From Octopus vulgaris (lineage: Eukaryota), in assembly GCA_951406725.2 (NCBI GenBank), contig OX597831.1:2046001-2110000 (forward strand): 64,000 nucleotides of DNA. Reading direction: 5' to 3'. The position numbers and the translations under genes were made by a program. Below the pieces are notes generated by a model. That model did not search any database and was not told the DNA's origin. It was given only the letters and a program-made list of their open reading frames with translations. This document shows positions 37,495 through 51,141 of this stretch, in pieces (the first letter of the stretch is position 1; the number at the start of each line of letters is the position of its first letter).

Positions 37495-40400
37495 CCTGGT
37501 CACCATAGGAACTAATAGTCTTGCTTCAGTGCCTCTTTCTCTTTCTCTCTTTCCAATCTATTCTCTAGAACAGTCTGGAAGCAATCTGTAGCCTTATTCT
37601 CCATTTGTTGTAAGAATTTCATTAACTCACCTGTCACCAAGGAGGGGAAAAAAAACAAAAACTGAACAGTGCCCCAATATGGTTATAACCTCTGGTTGAA
37701 ACTGTTTATAGAATGATAGAATATAAGTTAATGAGCATGTGTCTATTGCTCTTTACTATTGTGACAGTTTATTTTCTTTGTTGTTTACTGAGTGAAGCAT
37801 TTGTGTATACAGAGAGGTCAGTATCATCCAGTGGATGGTTAAAGAACTGAACTACTTACTGACTTAAAGGTGATGAGTTCAAACCATGACTGGGATATAT
37901 GAGTGTTGTATTCTGGAGCTCATATCTCCCAGATTTTATAGCATTTGGCCTGTATGGAAAATCACTTTCCCTGACCTAACCAGCTCTTATTTCCCTGGAT
38001 AGAATAAGGTCAATAGTCCATCACAGATTTTAATGTATTTATCCACTGGAATGTGAGCGGAAAAGATTTGGTAGTGATTAGGTTGGGCTAATGTTATAAG
38101 CCTGGCAGCAGTGCACTTGATGTGAATGTCTCAATTTGCTGATTTTCAGGCCAGTGCAACCCACAAAAGAAATAATTTGGTCAACAAGAAAAAAATAGTT
38201 TATAATTCCAGCTGACCAACTGGCAAAGTCATTAGAACATAAGACAAAAAGTCTTGTGGTACTTATTCCAGTTCTCTGCATTCTGAGTTCAAATGCTGTT
38301 GAGGTCAACTTCACATTTCCTCCTTTAAGGATCAACAAAATAAAAAAAAAACACTTGAGGGCTGTAGATTAGTGGAATCTACAGAGCATCAGACAAAATT
38401 TTTTGTGGTGTCTTTTCCAGTTCTTTGCATTCTGAGTTTTTCAGAGGTTGACTTAATCTGCTGCCTGGTTTAACACCACCACCTCGTCCTTGGGTACCTT
38501 TAGCAGAGTTCTCCTCTTTTGCAAGCACATGTCAGGTCACTGGTTTGAGGATACATACCATCCTTCCTCCTACCAGTCTCAGAGGCCCTGATAAATAAAT
38601 GGGTGATGGATATTGCCTTTTTTTCCTCCACTTCACTAAGCCTTAAAAATAAACCCCTACCTAAATGCAACAATGGAGAGTAGAAAAGAAAAACAAAGCA
38701 CAAAAAAAACAGGTTTTCAGAGACTGTTTCTAGTAAATATCTAAGACAGAGATAAGGGTTTCAATATTCAAATTCTTTTTCCTATAGACTTTTTAGTTTG
38801 ACGTTATAAATTCATAAAACTGAAATATTTTCATAAATTAACCCTTTTGATACCAACCCATCTGAGGCCATCCTGGGTCCTATGATACAAACTTCCTGTT
38901 AATTTATGTTCCAAGCACCCTTGATGCTGACAAAATCATTTTATTAAAATTTTCATTATTTTCAAAACTGGAACAAAGGCAGTGCATTTCAATTAGTGAC
39001 AAAAGGGTTAAAATTGCAATGGATTAAATCCTTTTTCTTTTTTCTGAAATAGAAATATACTGGAAAAAGAAACTGCCCCCAAAAAAGAAAACTGGAATTT
39101 TGAAAATAACAAAAATTTTCAGTTTGAATTTCAATTAAAAATTGGAATTTTCTTTGGTTTTAAAAAATGACATTTCAGTTTTACCAATTTTGAATTTCAA
39201 ATTGAAATATTATAAGAAAAAAATTTGAAATTCTTATCTCTGATCTCAACTTATCCTGCTTCACTTTATTTATAAACGTTTATTTTTTTTTTAATTAGAC
39301 ATCTAGAGTTAGTCTAAATGCCTTAAATATATCTATTTTCTATACAAATCTATATTTTATTCTTGCAAATGGTTTATTTTTTAATAAGTCTTTGTCATTC
39401 AGACCCTTCACTTTCTCTATATTTCTCACACAAAAATATTGCATGTTTTTGCTATTATCTTCTTTCCAATATTATCTGCCTACACACTTCAGAATAGATT
39501 TTTAAAGAAATTATCTTTTTGCTCCAGATTTTTATTTTTTATTTATAATTTTTTTTAATTAAATATATTTTAACCCTCTTTGATACCAGAAAGTGCTTCA
39601 GAGGAGTGAAGATGACATCACTTTCAATGGCATTGAGTAAATTTGAAGGGCACCTCTCCTTTGGATACGACACTATCAGATATTGTGGACACACAGTCCT
39701 TTTCTTGTGACTAAACAATACATTAAAAACAAAAATGAGAAATTATACAGTGATCCTACTGCTTACAGTGTACCTCCTCATGATACCAATTTACTGTTAG
39801 GTGGACTGAGCTGTTGAGTAGTGAGTGTCTTACTTGCTGAACAAATGGTGGGACATGAATTGGCAATCTTTTGGTTAGTGGAGGCAGTATCTCTGCTGAT
39901 GTTGCTTCAGAAATACAAGTCCCCTTATTTATAATGTCCATATAATAGCTTTACAGTTTAGGGCTTTCTCAAGAAGAAATCCTGTGATGGTAGCATGCTT
40001 CGACCTGAGATTGTGTATTGAAACTGAAACAGTAACATTGTAGAAGAGTCATGTTAGCCATTTAAGAACACACATGCTTTTTACATTCACCTTTGATTTA
40101 TCTTATGTTGCTGGTGCAGTACTTAGGCCTTTGGTAATAGTTTACTTTATAAACACTGTCTTCTTGCACAGTTAAAGAAGCTTCACCCAATCAGTTGATT
40201 AAATCACATCATCATCATTTTAACAATCACTTTTCCATGCTTGCATGGGTCAGATGGAATTCAGTAAAGGCAGGTTTTCTATGGCTTGGTGCCCCGCCTG
40301 TTACCATAAATATATTCTGTATAAAAACAAGGTATTAATATTTATTACATATAGCATTGGCTAAAATGCATATGTTCTGAAATACTTAATTGCTTTGAAG

Positions 40401-40637
40401 CAAAATGTTGTAATTGCACACCAATAACTTATTAATTAAACTAGCTGCCAAATGCATAATAATATGCAAATCAGTGTATATGATTTACTTAAGCATGTCT
40501 TTGAAGATAATTATAGAGGATATTCAGTTGCTGAGGAAATATCAACACTTGACTGAAACTGGTCTAGTTTATCTCTTTTTCTTTCTGTTTCTGAAGATAT
40601 ATAAAGATCAGGTGTTTACATCTGCCTGTCACATATA

Positions 40638-41482
40638 CAAGGTGTCCGAAAAGTCCCTATATACTTTCTTTTTTCTATTTTGTTTCAGATATCATTCAGA
40701 GAAGCATGAGGCCGTCAGCATTTGACACCTTAGACTTTGAAGTTTTTGTAAGTGTATCATGCCTTTGCCCATGGCTCACCAACTGACGTTAGAGCAGTGC
40801 TGCAAAATTGCTGCCTGGCAAGAGGTTTTTCAGTCCCCTACTGCAATTCATCGCAAGTTTGAGAAGGTTTATGGCCATCACACTGCTCCAACGCATAGCA
40901 CAATTTATGCTATCCAAAGCAAGTTTCTCAAAAGAGGATCTGTTCTTGACAAACCACGCAGCAGATGGCCTGCTACTACCACCATTGATGAAAACACCAA
41001 ACTCCTAAGGCAGGCGTTTGTGAAAAGCCAGAGGACTGCACTTGAACTTAGCATCAACAAAAGCTTGATTCAGCGGATACTTTGGGGAGTGATAAAGCTC
41101 TACCCGTACCAATATCAGATTGTTCAAAGGCTTCAAGTGGAAGATTATGATACCCATGGGGAAATGTGTGAATCACTCCTCTATCATTACCAAAATGAAT
41201 CTCAGTTCTTGGAAAACTTATGGTTCAATGATGAGTTTATATTTCATCTCTCTGGTCGGGTAAACTGACACAGTTGTCAAATTTGAGGAAAATCAAAACC
41301 AGCAGAAATTCTCGAACATGAACAAGACTCTCCAAAGCTGGTGGTATGGTTTGCCATGGGCAAGGGAATAATACACTTACAGAAACTGCAAAGGTGTCAT
41401 GCTGATGGTTTCATGTTTCTCTGAAGGATACCTGAAATGAAATAGAAAAAAGAAAGTGTATAGTGTCTTTTGGGACACCCTG
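40638..41482 (+). mobile_element. Internally deleted rosa/DD41D-like Tc1/mariner with ~95-bp TIRs and TA TSD
   Basis: TA|CAAGGTGTCC... and ...GGACACCCTG|TA; ORF 40759..41268 with an N-terminal HTH, KLYPY and WFNDEFIFHLSGRVN (cf. WFSDEAHFHL.G.VN). Confidence 0.88.
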
Positions 41483-41912
41483 TAGTTTTGATTAAAATCT
41501 ATACATATACTTTGTAGTAAATAAGTATTTTGTGATAATATTGTATATGATAAAGTGTCGAAATATTGCATCATGGATCTACAAACTAGTCACTGGTACA
41601 GCATCATTGTATCTCTGAAAGTATGTCAGTAGTCAGGCTGTAGAGGAATGATGAAATTTTCTGATATTTTACCATTATACAAGATAAAAAAAATAATGTA
41701 ACGATAAATGTGTGTTGTAAATGGCTAGTATGAATCTTGCATGATGTATTTGTTATATATAAACATACATACACACACATGTAAATAAGTTTATATTTAA
41801 AAAAAAAAAAGGCATTCATTAGCCATGCTGAGAACATTAAACAAATACTATTTAAGATTTTTTTTTAAGAACACAAAATCCGCATTTGTATCTTGTATTG
41901 AACAATGCAGTC

Positions 41913-41918
41913 AATAAA
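41913..41918 (+). terminator. Candidate poly(A) signal of PINCH (would imply a ~4.4-kb 3' UTR)
   Basis: AATAAA followed by a U/GU-rich tract (tttggtctttttatttattgtgtg); other AATAAA hexamers occur earlier. Confidence 0.35.
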
Positions 41919-41980
41919 CAAAACTTTTGTTATTAATCAATTTGGTCTTTTTATTTATTGTGTGATATATTATACTCGTA

Positions 41981-42266
41981 AGGCGCAATGGCCTAGTGGT
42001 TAGGGCAGCGGACTCGCGGTCGTAGGATCGCGGTTTCGATTCCCAGACCGGGCGTTGTGAGTGTTTATTGAGCGAAAACACCTAAAAGCTCCACGAGGCT
42101 CCGGCAGGGGGTGGTGATCCCTTCTGTACTCTTTCACCACTCTTTCTCCCACTCTTTCTTCTGTTGGCCTGCTCGCTTAGCCAGCAGGGGTGGCGTCATT
42201 CGAAGGCTAAAACAATGCGAACGCATTGTGACCAGCGATGTGTAACTACATCTGATGGACTGGTCG
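41981..42266 (+). mobile_element. SINE family C head with a different tail
   Basis: First ~165 bp match the 59709 copy, then the sequence is unrelated. Confidence 0.8.
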
Positions 42267-42674
42267 TAAGAAAAAAAAAATATTATACTCATAACTATAA
42301 GGGTATATGAGAGATATATTAATTGATATAATCCTTTAGCATCCAAATAATTTTGTCAAGTATAACGCTTATTTATTCAATTTGTTTTTTAATTAATCCT
42401 ACTTTGCCATAGCTTCCCATAAGCACAAGGTTTTGATGATATGATTCTCTTTACTCTTTTTACTCTTTTTCTTGTTTCAGTCAGTTGACTGCGGCCATGC
42501 TGGAGCACCGCCTTTAGTCGAGCAACTCGACCCCGGGACTTATTCTTTTTGTAAGCCCAGTACTTATTCTATCGGTCTCTTTTGCCGAACCGCTAAGTGA
42601 CGGGGACATAAACACACCAGCATTGGTTGTCAAGCAATGCTAGGGAGACAAACACAAACACACAAACATACAAG

Positions 42675-42706
<32 letters not shown>

Positions 42707-43223
42707 CGCCATTTTAGAGTAAGTGTGAAAGGCGGGATTTGGATAGTTTGAATTTAAAACAGGTAGAATTTTGGGGCCTGATATGGTCAATTTAAATACA
42801 AATGGGTTAAGGGTATATAAGAGATGTATGGAGATATAAGAGAGATGAGTATAAGTATATGTGAGGGATATATTGAGAAAAGTTGTTTTATACATATGGG
42901 TGCAGGGCCATGTGAGTGATAAACTAAGATATCATAGTGATAGATATAGGGGTATGTGAGAGATCATTATCATTATCAACAACATTTAACATCAGTTTTC
43001 CATGGGATGGACAGCTTGACTGGAACTGTCACGGTCAGGAGCAGCACCGGGTTCCATAGTCTGTTTTGATTTGATTTCTATGGCTGGATACGCTAACATC
43101 AATCACTTTACAGAGTGTACTGGTTACTTTTTACACAGCACCATCACCAACGGTCTACTGAGAAAAGTATTTTATTGATGAGTACTGGCATATGTGAGTG
43201 ACGTACCGATAGGTACAGGAGTA

Positions 43224-43925
43224 CTGTAAATCCTCGAGTATAATCCGCGCTTTTTTCCCAAAATTTAAAGGTCAAAATCCCTAGTGCGTACTATAAACAA
43301 GGTTAAAAATGAAAAATATTTTCTAAACAATGTCTGAGTCTCTATTTGCTGTCCGGCAATGTTTATTCAGATGCATTTTGTGATGTCGGGCGCGAAAATA
43401 CCTTAAGCTAAGCCTGAAAGCAATGAAGTCATAAAAGAATCATCCATAACTTGCAATAAGCAACATTTATTAAACATTATTACTGTTATTTCTTTATTTT
43501 CTGCAAACAAAATGCACAAAAAGCTACACATTTGCGTTATGTTATCGCCATCGTTTAGCGTCCGCTTTCCATGCTAGCATGGGTTGGACAGTTCAACTGG
43601 GGTCTGGGAAGCCAGAAGGCTGCACCAGGCCCAGTCTGATCTGGCAATGTTTCTACAGCTGGATGCCCTTCCTAACGCCAACCACTCCGTGAGTATAGTG
43701 GGTGCTTTTTACGTGCCACCGGCACAGGTGCCAGACGAGGCTGGCAAACGGCCACGAACAGATGGTGCTTTTTACGTGCCACCAGCATACAATAATAATA
43801 AAGGACGTTACATAGACCTCCTTGACTCAAGTTAGAGAAGGGGTTCATATTATACACAAGGTTTAGGTTTTTCAGAGGTACAGCCCCCTAAAAATCCCCT
43901 GTGTATTATACTCGAGGATTTACGG
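43224..43925. mobile_element. Tc1/pogo-type MITE with a nested RTE 3' end
   Basis: TIRs C(T/C)GTAAATCCTCGAGTATAAT; TA flanks. Confidence 0.82.
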
Positions 43926-45159
43926 TATGTAAAAGATATACTAATGGGTAAAGGAATATATGAGAGGTACATTGAGAGAATACTATAAGTATATAGACAT
44001 AAGGGTGTGAGAAATATACTGAGACAAATATTACACTGACAGAGATACTGATGGTTATAGGGGTATGTGAAAGACATACTGATGGGTATAAGGGTATGTA
44101 AGAAAGATATATTGAGTATCTGAGCAATATACCAAAGGGTATAAAAATGTATGTACTTATTTATAAGATATGAGGGTCTTCAGATCTTTTTTTTATTTTT
44201 AAATATTTTTCTTTGTTCTCTTCACATTTAATTTTCTTTTTATCTACAGAATTTCTTCTTCCTTTGACTTCTTTTTTTCTTCTTCTTCTTCTTGTTTCTG
44301 TTGTCTTCCCATAACTAACTTTGCTTTTGTAAATCAATGACATGGAGAGAACCATGTAAAAAGCACCCACTACACTCTGTAAAGTGGTTGGTGTTCAGAA
44401 GGGCAACGAGCCATAGAAACCATGCCAAAGCAGACAGTTGGAGCCTGGTGCAACTCTCCTGCTTGCCAGCTCCTGTTAAACCATCCAAACCATGCCAGCA
44501 TGGACTTTGAATGATGATTATACATATCGTGTGTGTGTGCATATGCATATGTGTGTCTATGTGAATGCTTATATCCTGATTCACAAACAGGAACATTTGT
44601 TGATAGTGTTTCCCAACAAACCATCTGCTAATTCTGTACTTTTGAAGATGAGTGGGGAATAAAAAAAAAACAGGTTCGTGTTAGTGACAGTAAGGGCATG
44701 CAGCTGTAAAAGAATGTTTCAATATGTAATCATCTAACCCATGCTAGCATGGAAAAACGGATGTAAAGTGAATAAACAAATATACAGAAAAAAGAGTGTG
44801 AAGGATCTTATCAAATATTGAGTTACACAAGGATTCATACAAATTAGATTTTGATACTCAGAGCAAGAGGTGGTCTTACAAGAAATTTCTGATCTGATAG
44901 ATAAGTGACATCATCATCATCATCAATTTCATGTCCACTTTTTTATGCTTGCATGAGTCAGAGTTTATTGAGACAGAATTTCTACAGTTGGATGCCCTCC
45001 TTGTCACCAACTATCACCTGTTTTCAGGCAAGGTAATATTTCCCCATGGCCAGTCATGCTTTTGCAGACTATCATAAATGAATGATGGTTTGTTTGATAG
45101 GGACAATCATTTACAACTATCATGCAATGTCAAGATAAGGGGGACACACGGACACACAT

Positions 45160-45562
45160 GTACCTTGAGAGAAAAATTGGACCTAAGAAGCATCAGTTGT
45201 GGTGTGCAAGAGAGACGATTGTGCTGGTATAGTCATGTGGTGAGAATGGATGAGGATAGCTGTGTGGAAAAGTGCCACACCCTAGTGGTTGAGGGAACCT
45301 GTGGAAGAGGTAAACCCAGGAAGACCTGGGATGAGTTGGTGAAGCACAACCTTTGAACATTAGGCCTCACCAAGGCAATGACTAGTGACCGAGACCTTTG
45401 GAAATATGCTGTGCATGAGAATACCCAGCAAGACAAGTGAGACCATAACTCATGGCCTTTACCAGGGGTGTAGCCAGCCCACTTATGCATGCCTTTCCTT
45501 CTTTGGACACAAAACTCTGCTTGTGAAGACCTGTTGAGGCAAGTGAAATCGAAATCGAACCA
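45160..45562 (+). mobile_element. RTE LINE fragment (ORF C-terminus and start of 3' UTR), same family as 20678-22292
   Basis: [31 protein letters not shown]...GKPRKTWDE; ends in gaaatcgaaatcgaacc. Confidence 0.88.
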
Positions 45563-48454
45563 AATGGGGTATGGGTGAGGGTTCTACTGTATGTATAATA
45601 AACATACATAAAAATTATAAATTATTACCTATTTCTATAGTACATTCCAAAAATATTAGGTTTACTACAGTTAAATTAAATTGCAATAAATTAGCTGCAA
45701 CAGTTAAGGGTTAGTTAACAAATTACTTAAGAAATAAGTACTTGATATGTTACATAAGAGAACATTAAAGCAGTGAGTAGGAGAATCCATAAGAGAACAC
45801 AGGTATTAGACTTAGTTATGTTATATTCTTTTATTTGTTTCAGTCATTTGACTGTGGCCATGCTGGAGCACTGCCTTTAGACAAACAAATCAGCCTCAGG
45901 ACTTATTCTTTGTAAGCTTAGTACTTATTCTATCAGTCTCTTTTGCCAACCCGTTAAGTTACAGGGACATAAACACACCAACATCAGTTGTCAAGTGATG
46001 GTGGGGGGGACAAACATATATAAATATATTCGACGGGCTTCTTTCACTTTCCATCTACCAAATCCACTCACAAGGCTTTAGTTGACCCGAGGCTATAGTA
46101 GAAGACACTTGCCCAAGGTGCCATGCCATGAGACTGTAACTTGTGCTGAGTCATTTGATCCCATGGTTATATCAAAATTGTTGAGTCTATCTTTTCTAGT
46201 CCTGTATTTAACCTTGAATTCAATAATCACTTTTCTAACCACTAATATTGTATGCATAGATGGTTGTAAAATTTTCAAAGCAAAAAAATAAGAGCCTTGT
46301 TGAGGAGGGTGGTGGTAATAAAAGAGTAATAGATAGGTTTCTATTTGTATAAATTTAGTAAGCTTTCCATTTTTCTATGGCCTTAAACCAATCAATTGCT
46401 TTGAAGTTTGACAAGTTTAGTTCAATTTTACTTATAAGCACACACATAATACAGTCAATATTTTTTTGTACTTATCCTGTGACTTAGACAAATGAGCCTA
46501 ATCATAGAACTACTCACAAAATCAGGTTTATGTGATGTATTCTAACTTAAATTTACTAACAAGACTTTGACCCTCCAAATTAATATTCAGATTAGATATA
46601 AATATCCATTTATAGTATATGTAACATTCCATTTTTAAAAGAGCTCTGTAAGAGTCTAAGTCAAGATTATATAAGTTACCAGTTTTTTTAATGTGTTAAT
46701 GTATTCAAGAATCCCAGATTACTGTTTAATTTTTTTAATTAGGCTGTGCAACTTCATGTGTTCATTATTTCTCATTGAGTGATGTTGAACTTCATATTTT
46801 TAATAATGTTTAAGAGATCCTCTTCAAAATTCACTAGGTAATGGTGATGCAATGGGTTTGAGCACCTATTTCAGGACATAATCTTTATTGATTGATTCTT
46901 GATTTGGTTCTACATGATTGAAATAAGAGGCCTTCCTTGCGATGTACAAAAGAATTCTGCTTTGCTAATCGGAAGTTTCAGACATTTTTTTCTTGATGAA
47001 ATAGAAATATCCTTTAGCATTATATGAAAACAAAATTTCTGCATTTCAGAAGTATTTGGCTGTCAGCACTTGAGTATAAATGAGGAACAGAGATTTAAGA
47101 AATCATCGTCATCATCATCGTTTAGCGTCCGCTTTCCATGCTAGCAAGGGTTGGATGGTTCAACTGGGGTCAGGGAAGCCAGAAGGCTGCACCAGGCCCA
47201 GTCTGATTTGGCAATGTTTTTACGGCTGGATGCCCTTCCTAATGCCAACCACTCCGAGAGTGTAGTGAGTGATTTTTACGTGCCAGACGAGGCTGGTAAA
47301 CGGCCATGATCGGATGGTGCTTTTTACGTGCCACTGGCATGCAGGCCAGGCAAGGCTGGCAACGACCACGGATGGTGCTTTTTATGTGCCACCGGCACGG
47401 AGGCCAGTCGGGGCGGCGCTGGCAATGGCCACGTTCGGATGGTTCTCTTACGTGCCACTCTAGGCAAATATCTCAATCAGTACTCCATGCAGAAAACTGG
47501 GCTAACAGTATGTCAGAAGATAAGAATCTGTATAGGCTAAATCCATAGAACATTCCATACAAACTGTAAATCCAAGGAGAATCACTAATATATACCCAAG
47601 GTGATTGAAAAGTAACTCCCTCTTTTTAAATACTGATAAATTATTTACTAATTGTAATTTTAAGAAAAAAAATTGATATAAAAGGAAGGCCCCAGGACTT
47701 ATTCTTTGTAAGCCTAGTACTTATTCTATCGGTCTCTTTTGCCAAACTGCTAAGTTACGGGGACATAAACACACCAGCATCAGTTGTCAAGCGATGTTGG
47801 GGGGGGGGACAAACACAGACACACAAATATATACACATACACATACATATATACGACGGGCTTCTTTCAGTTTCCATCTACCAAATCCACTCACAAGGCT
47901 TTGGTCGGCCCGAGGCTATAGTAGAAGACACTTGCCCAAGGTGCCATGCAGTGGGACTGAACCCGGAACCATGTGGTTCGTAAGCAAGCTACTTACCACA
48001 CAGCCACTCCTACGCCTATAATTAAATATAATTAGAAATTGTGCAAAAAAAAAAATTGTTAGAATATTTTGTGTATTGAAATATAACCAATTTATTGCAG
48101 ATAAAGTTTAATAACAAACTCTTATTTATATGGACTTTCGTTGGGAACCACTTTTCTAAGAACAATTTCATATATATTCTCTTCTTTGGATTTCTTAGTT
48201 AACAAATTTTAACCATTTAGCATTCAGATTACTATCAAGCGTAACACTTATTTGTTCACATTGTTTTGAATTAACCATGCACTATCTTGTAGCTAAGAGA
48301 CATTTTCATTGTGATTGCTTAGTTTTAGAAAGACATTGTAAGATAGGTGACAGGCCTCATCTGGCCAGTTTTAACATAAAACTGGTTGAATATGTAGGTC
48401 GGATATGGCCGATTTGAATGCCAAAGAGTTAACTTGCAACAAAAGAAGGATTTT

Positions 48455-49873
48455 TCATGGTTCACCTTCAAAAGATTTCCCCCCCATGTGAGTTCGTTCA
48501 TGTTTCTTCAAATCACAGTTATTGATAAAAGACCTGCCGCACATTTCACATCGATATGGTCTTTCCCCCGTGTGTCTACGTGTGTGATCTACAAGACGAG
48601 AATTAACAGAAAATGATTTTCCACAAATTCCACATTGATAGGGTTTCTCTCCAGTATGGATTCGTTTGTGGAGTAGAAGATTAAAATTCCGAATGAAGAA
48701 TTTTCCACATATCTCACAGTGGTAGGGTCTCTCCCCGGTATGTCCTCGATTGTGGATAATAAGATTCGAATTAAGGGTGAAAGATTTTCCACAAATTTCA
48801 CAGTGAAACAATTTTTCCCCAGTATGTGTCCGTTTGTGCCTCAATAAATTACTGTTGACCACAAATGACTTTCCACAGGTTTCACAGTAATAAGGTTTCT
48901 CTCCCGTGTGCGACCGTTTGTGGATTGTAAGGTTAGAATTCTCCCTGAAAGATTTACCGCAGATGCCACAGTGGAACGGTTTTTCTCCCGTGTGAATCCT
49001 GCTGTGTACTTTTAGGTGTCCATTCGAAACAAAATACTTTCCACACACATCGCAGCAATAGGGTTTCTCGCCTGTGTGGTTACGTCTGTGGCTCGTAAGA
49101 TGAGAATTCTGAATAAAAGACTTTCCGCATATCTCGCAATGATAAAGGTTTTCCCCCGTGTGGATTTTCTTGTGTGTTGCTAAATTGCTACTATCAGCAA
49201 AAGATTTTCCACAGATTTCGCAATGGTACGGTTTCTCCCCACTGTGCCGTCTTCTGTGCGATTTTAAATAATCGTTCGACACAAAAGATTTTCCACATAC
49301 CTCACAGTGATAGGGCTTCTCCCCAGTATGACATCTTTTGTGCGTCTTCAAATGATCGTTAGATACAAAATTTTTTCCACACACTTCGCAGTGAAAGGGT
49401 TTCTCTCCCGTGTGACTACGTATATGCAGTGTAAGCTTAGACCTTTCTATGAAAGATTTCCCGCATATTTCACAGTGGAAAAGTTTCTCCCCGGTATGTA
49501 TCCCGGTGTGCCTTCTTAAATTACTGTTGGAAACAAAACATTTCCCGCATATTTCACAATGAAAGGGTTTCTCGGCGTTGTGTACTTTTTTGTGCCTTGT
49601 TAAATTTCTGCGAGAGACAAAAGATTTATCACATATTTCACAGTGGTAAGGTTTTCCTCTATTGTGTAATTTTTCTTGGTGCGCGAAGAGTTCATATTCC
49701 GAAGAGAACGTTTTCTTGCAAATCTCACAGCTATATTCTGAAGTCTTTTTTCCCTCCACCGAACTTTGGTTCGTAACTTTCTCTCGACTGTATGTCCGTT
49801 TAACTGAATCTACATCTACATTGTTATAAACGACTGTGTTGTTACAGAACTCCAAGTGACTTATATCCTCCAT
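48455..49873 (-). CDS. Tandem C2H2 zinc-finger protein, 15 fingers, 472 aa, single coding exon
   Basis: Intact ORF with 15 CxxC-x12-Hxxx(x)H fingers and TGEKPY/F linkers; short N-terminus with no recognisable effector domain. Confidence 0.95.
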   Translation of the reverse strand: MEDISHLEFCNNTVVYNNVDVDSVKRTYSREKVTNQSSVEGKKTSEYSCEICKKTFSSEYELFAHQEKLHNRGKPYHCEICDKSFVSRRNLTRHKKVHNAEKPFHCEICGKCFVSNSNLRRHTGIHTGEKLFHCEICGKSFIERSKLTLHIRSHTGEKPFHCEVCGKNFVSNDHLKTHKRCHTGEKPYHCEVCGKSFVSNDYLKSHRRRHSGEKPYHCEICGKSFADSSNLATHKKIHTGENLYHCEICGKSFIQNSHLTSHRRNHTGEKPYCCDVCGKYFVSNGHLKVHSRIHTGEKPFHCGICGKSFRENSNLTIHKRSHTGEKPYYCETCGKSFVVNSNLLRHKRTHTGEKLFHCEICGKSFTLNSNLIIHNRGHTGERPYHCEICGKFFIRNFNLLLHKRIHTGEKPYQCGICGKSFSVNSRLVDHTRRHTGERPYRCEMCGRSFINNCDLKKHERTHMGGKSFEGEP

Positions 49874-49909
49874 AATTAGACCCGACGAATGTTGAAAGCC
49901 GAGAAATGT

Positions 49910-50001
49910 CTGTAAATATATTATGGTTCAGTTTCCCGTCTTTGTTACCACGGAATTCCATTTACAAATGCAGAATATATATATTTATTTTTTCTACTCA
50001 C
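49910..50001 (-). other. Probable 92-nt intron upstream of the ZNF start codon
   Basis: Minus-strand donor GTG|GTGAGT at 50001 and acceptor TTTACAG at 49910, 36 nt upstream of the ATG. Confidence 0.6.
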
Positions 50002-50300
50002 CACAAGAATGCGCGCGTATGTATGTGAGGGAAATTGTCCACCACAACAAACAGTATAAAAGTACACAATGCGGGTCGCTTTTTCGAATTTTTTTTTTTG
50101 CTTTGTTTTTAATTTCATTTAGAAAAATACGGAGGTTAGGAATCGGCAAAAAAATATCTTTTTTTTTCAAAATTTCAAGTTTTCTTACAAAACATCCGAT
50201 GTCGTCCCGTCCGGCTTTCCAAGGGCACACAACTCTGGCTGTTTCACATATTGGATATGTTTGTTTGCGCATGCGTCTATTTCTCCTGAAACAGCAGACG
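50002..50300 (-). promoter_or_regulatory. Probable first exon/promoter of the ZNF gene with an NRF1-like site
   Basis: Locally CpG-rich non-repeat sequence; TGCGCATGCG at 50266-50275. Confidence 0.4.
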
Positions 50301-50596
50301 AAAAACTATCAAGCCCTCACCAGAGAACCTGTTATGCTAGAAATAACAGTTAAATGTCTGGAAAATATTCTTATTCCTCAGGTTAACTCTTTTACTCTTT
50401 TACTTGTTTCAGTCATTTGACTGCAGCCATGCTGGAGCACCGCCTTTAGTCGAGCAAATCGACCCCAGGACTTATTCTTTGTAAGCCCAGTACTTATTCT
50501 ATCGGATCCTTTTGCCGAACCGCTAAGTAACGGGGACATAAACACACCAGCATCGGCTGTCAAACGATGCTTGGGGGACAAACAATGACACACAAG

Positions 50597-50659
<63 letters not shown>

Positions 50660-50665
<6 letters not shown>

Positions 50666-50903
50666 CTGGTGAATTGAAGAAATGGAGCTGAACGAAGATT
50701 GAACAGAAATCGTTTTATTTCATTCTACACGTGTTTCGAAAGGCACAATTTACCAAAATCCGATTGAAGAGAAAGACACAATATGGTCTCATTATTCAAT
50801 CGGATTTTGGTAAATTGTGCCTTTCGAAACACGTGTAGAATGAAATAAAACGATTCCTGTTCAATCTTCGTTCAGCTCCATTTCTTCAATTCACCAGTAA
50901 TAT
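50660..50903. repeat. ~109-bp-arm palindrome at the start of a (TA)n-embedded element (extends to ~51043)
   Basis: Arms 50660-50768 and 50795-50903, nearly perfect. Confidence 0.9.
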
Positions 50904-51096
50904 TATCCGCACCAACGCACGGTTGCAACACCATATGGTTGTACCTCCAACCGTGCTGTCTTCTGCTGTGATTTTTGCTACCAAGGTATCGGTTAAACCT
51001 TTGATTAATCTGCTACAAGATTATTCATCTTTCTATTTCACATAATATATATATATATGTGTGTGTGTGTGTGTATGTGTGTGTGAGTGTGTGTGT

Positions 51097-51141
<45 letters not shown>

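Noticed and set aside
41981-42055. tRNA gene
   Set aside because: It is a tRNA-like SINE head continuing into a repeat body, repeated at 59709 with a TSD; no clean cloverleaf or terminator.
49923-50420. 165-aa plus-strand ORF
   Set aside because: Low complexity, antisense to the ZNF 5' region, ends in a SINE tail, no motifs.
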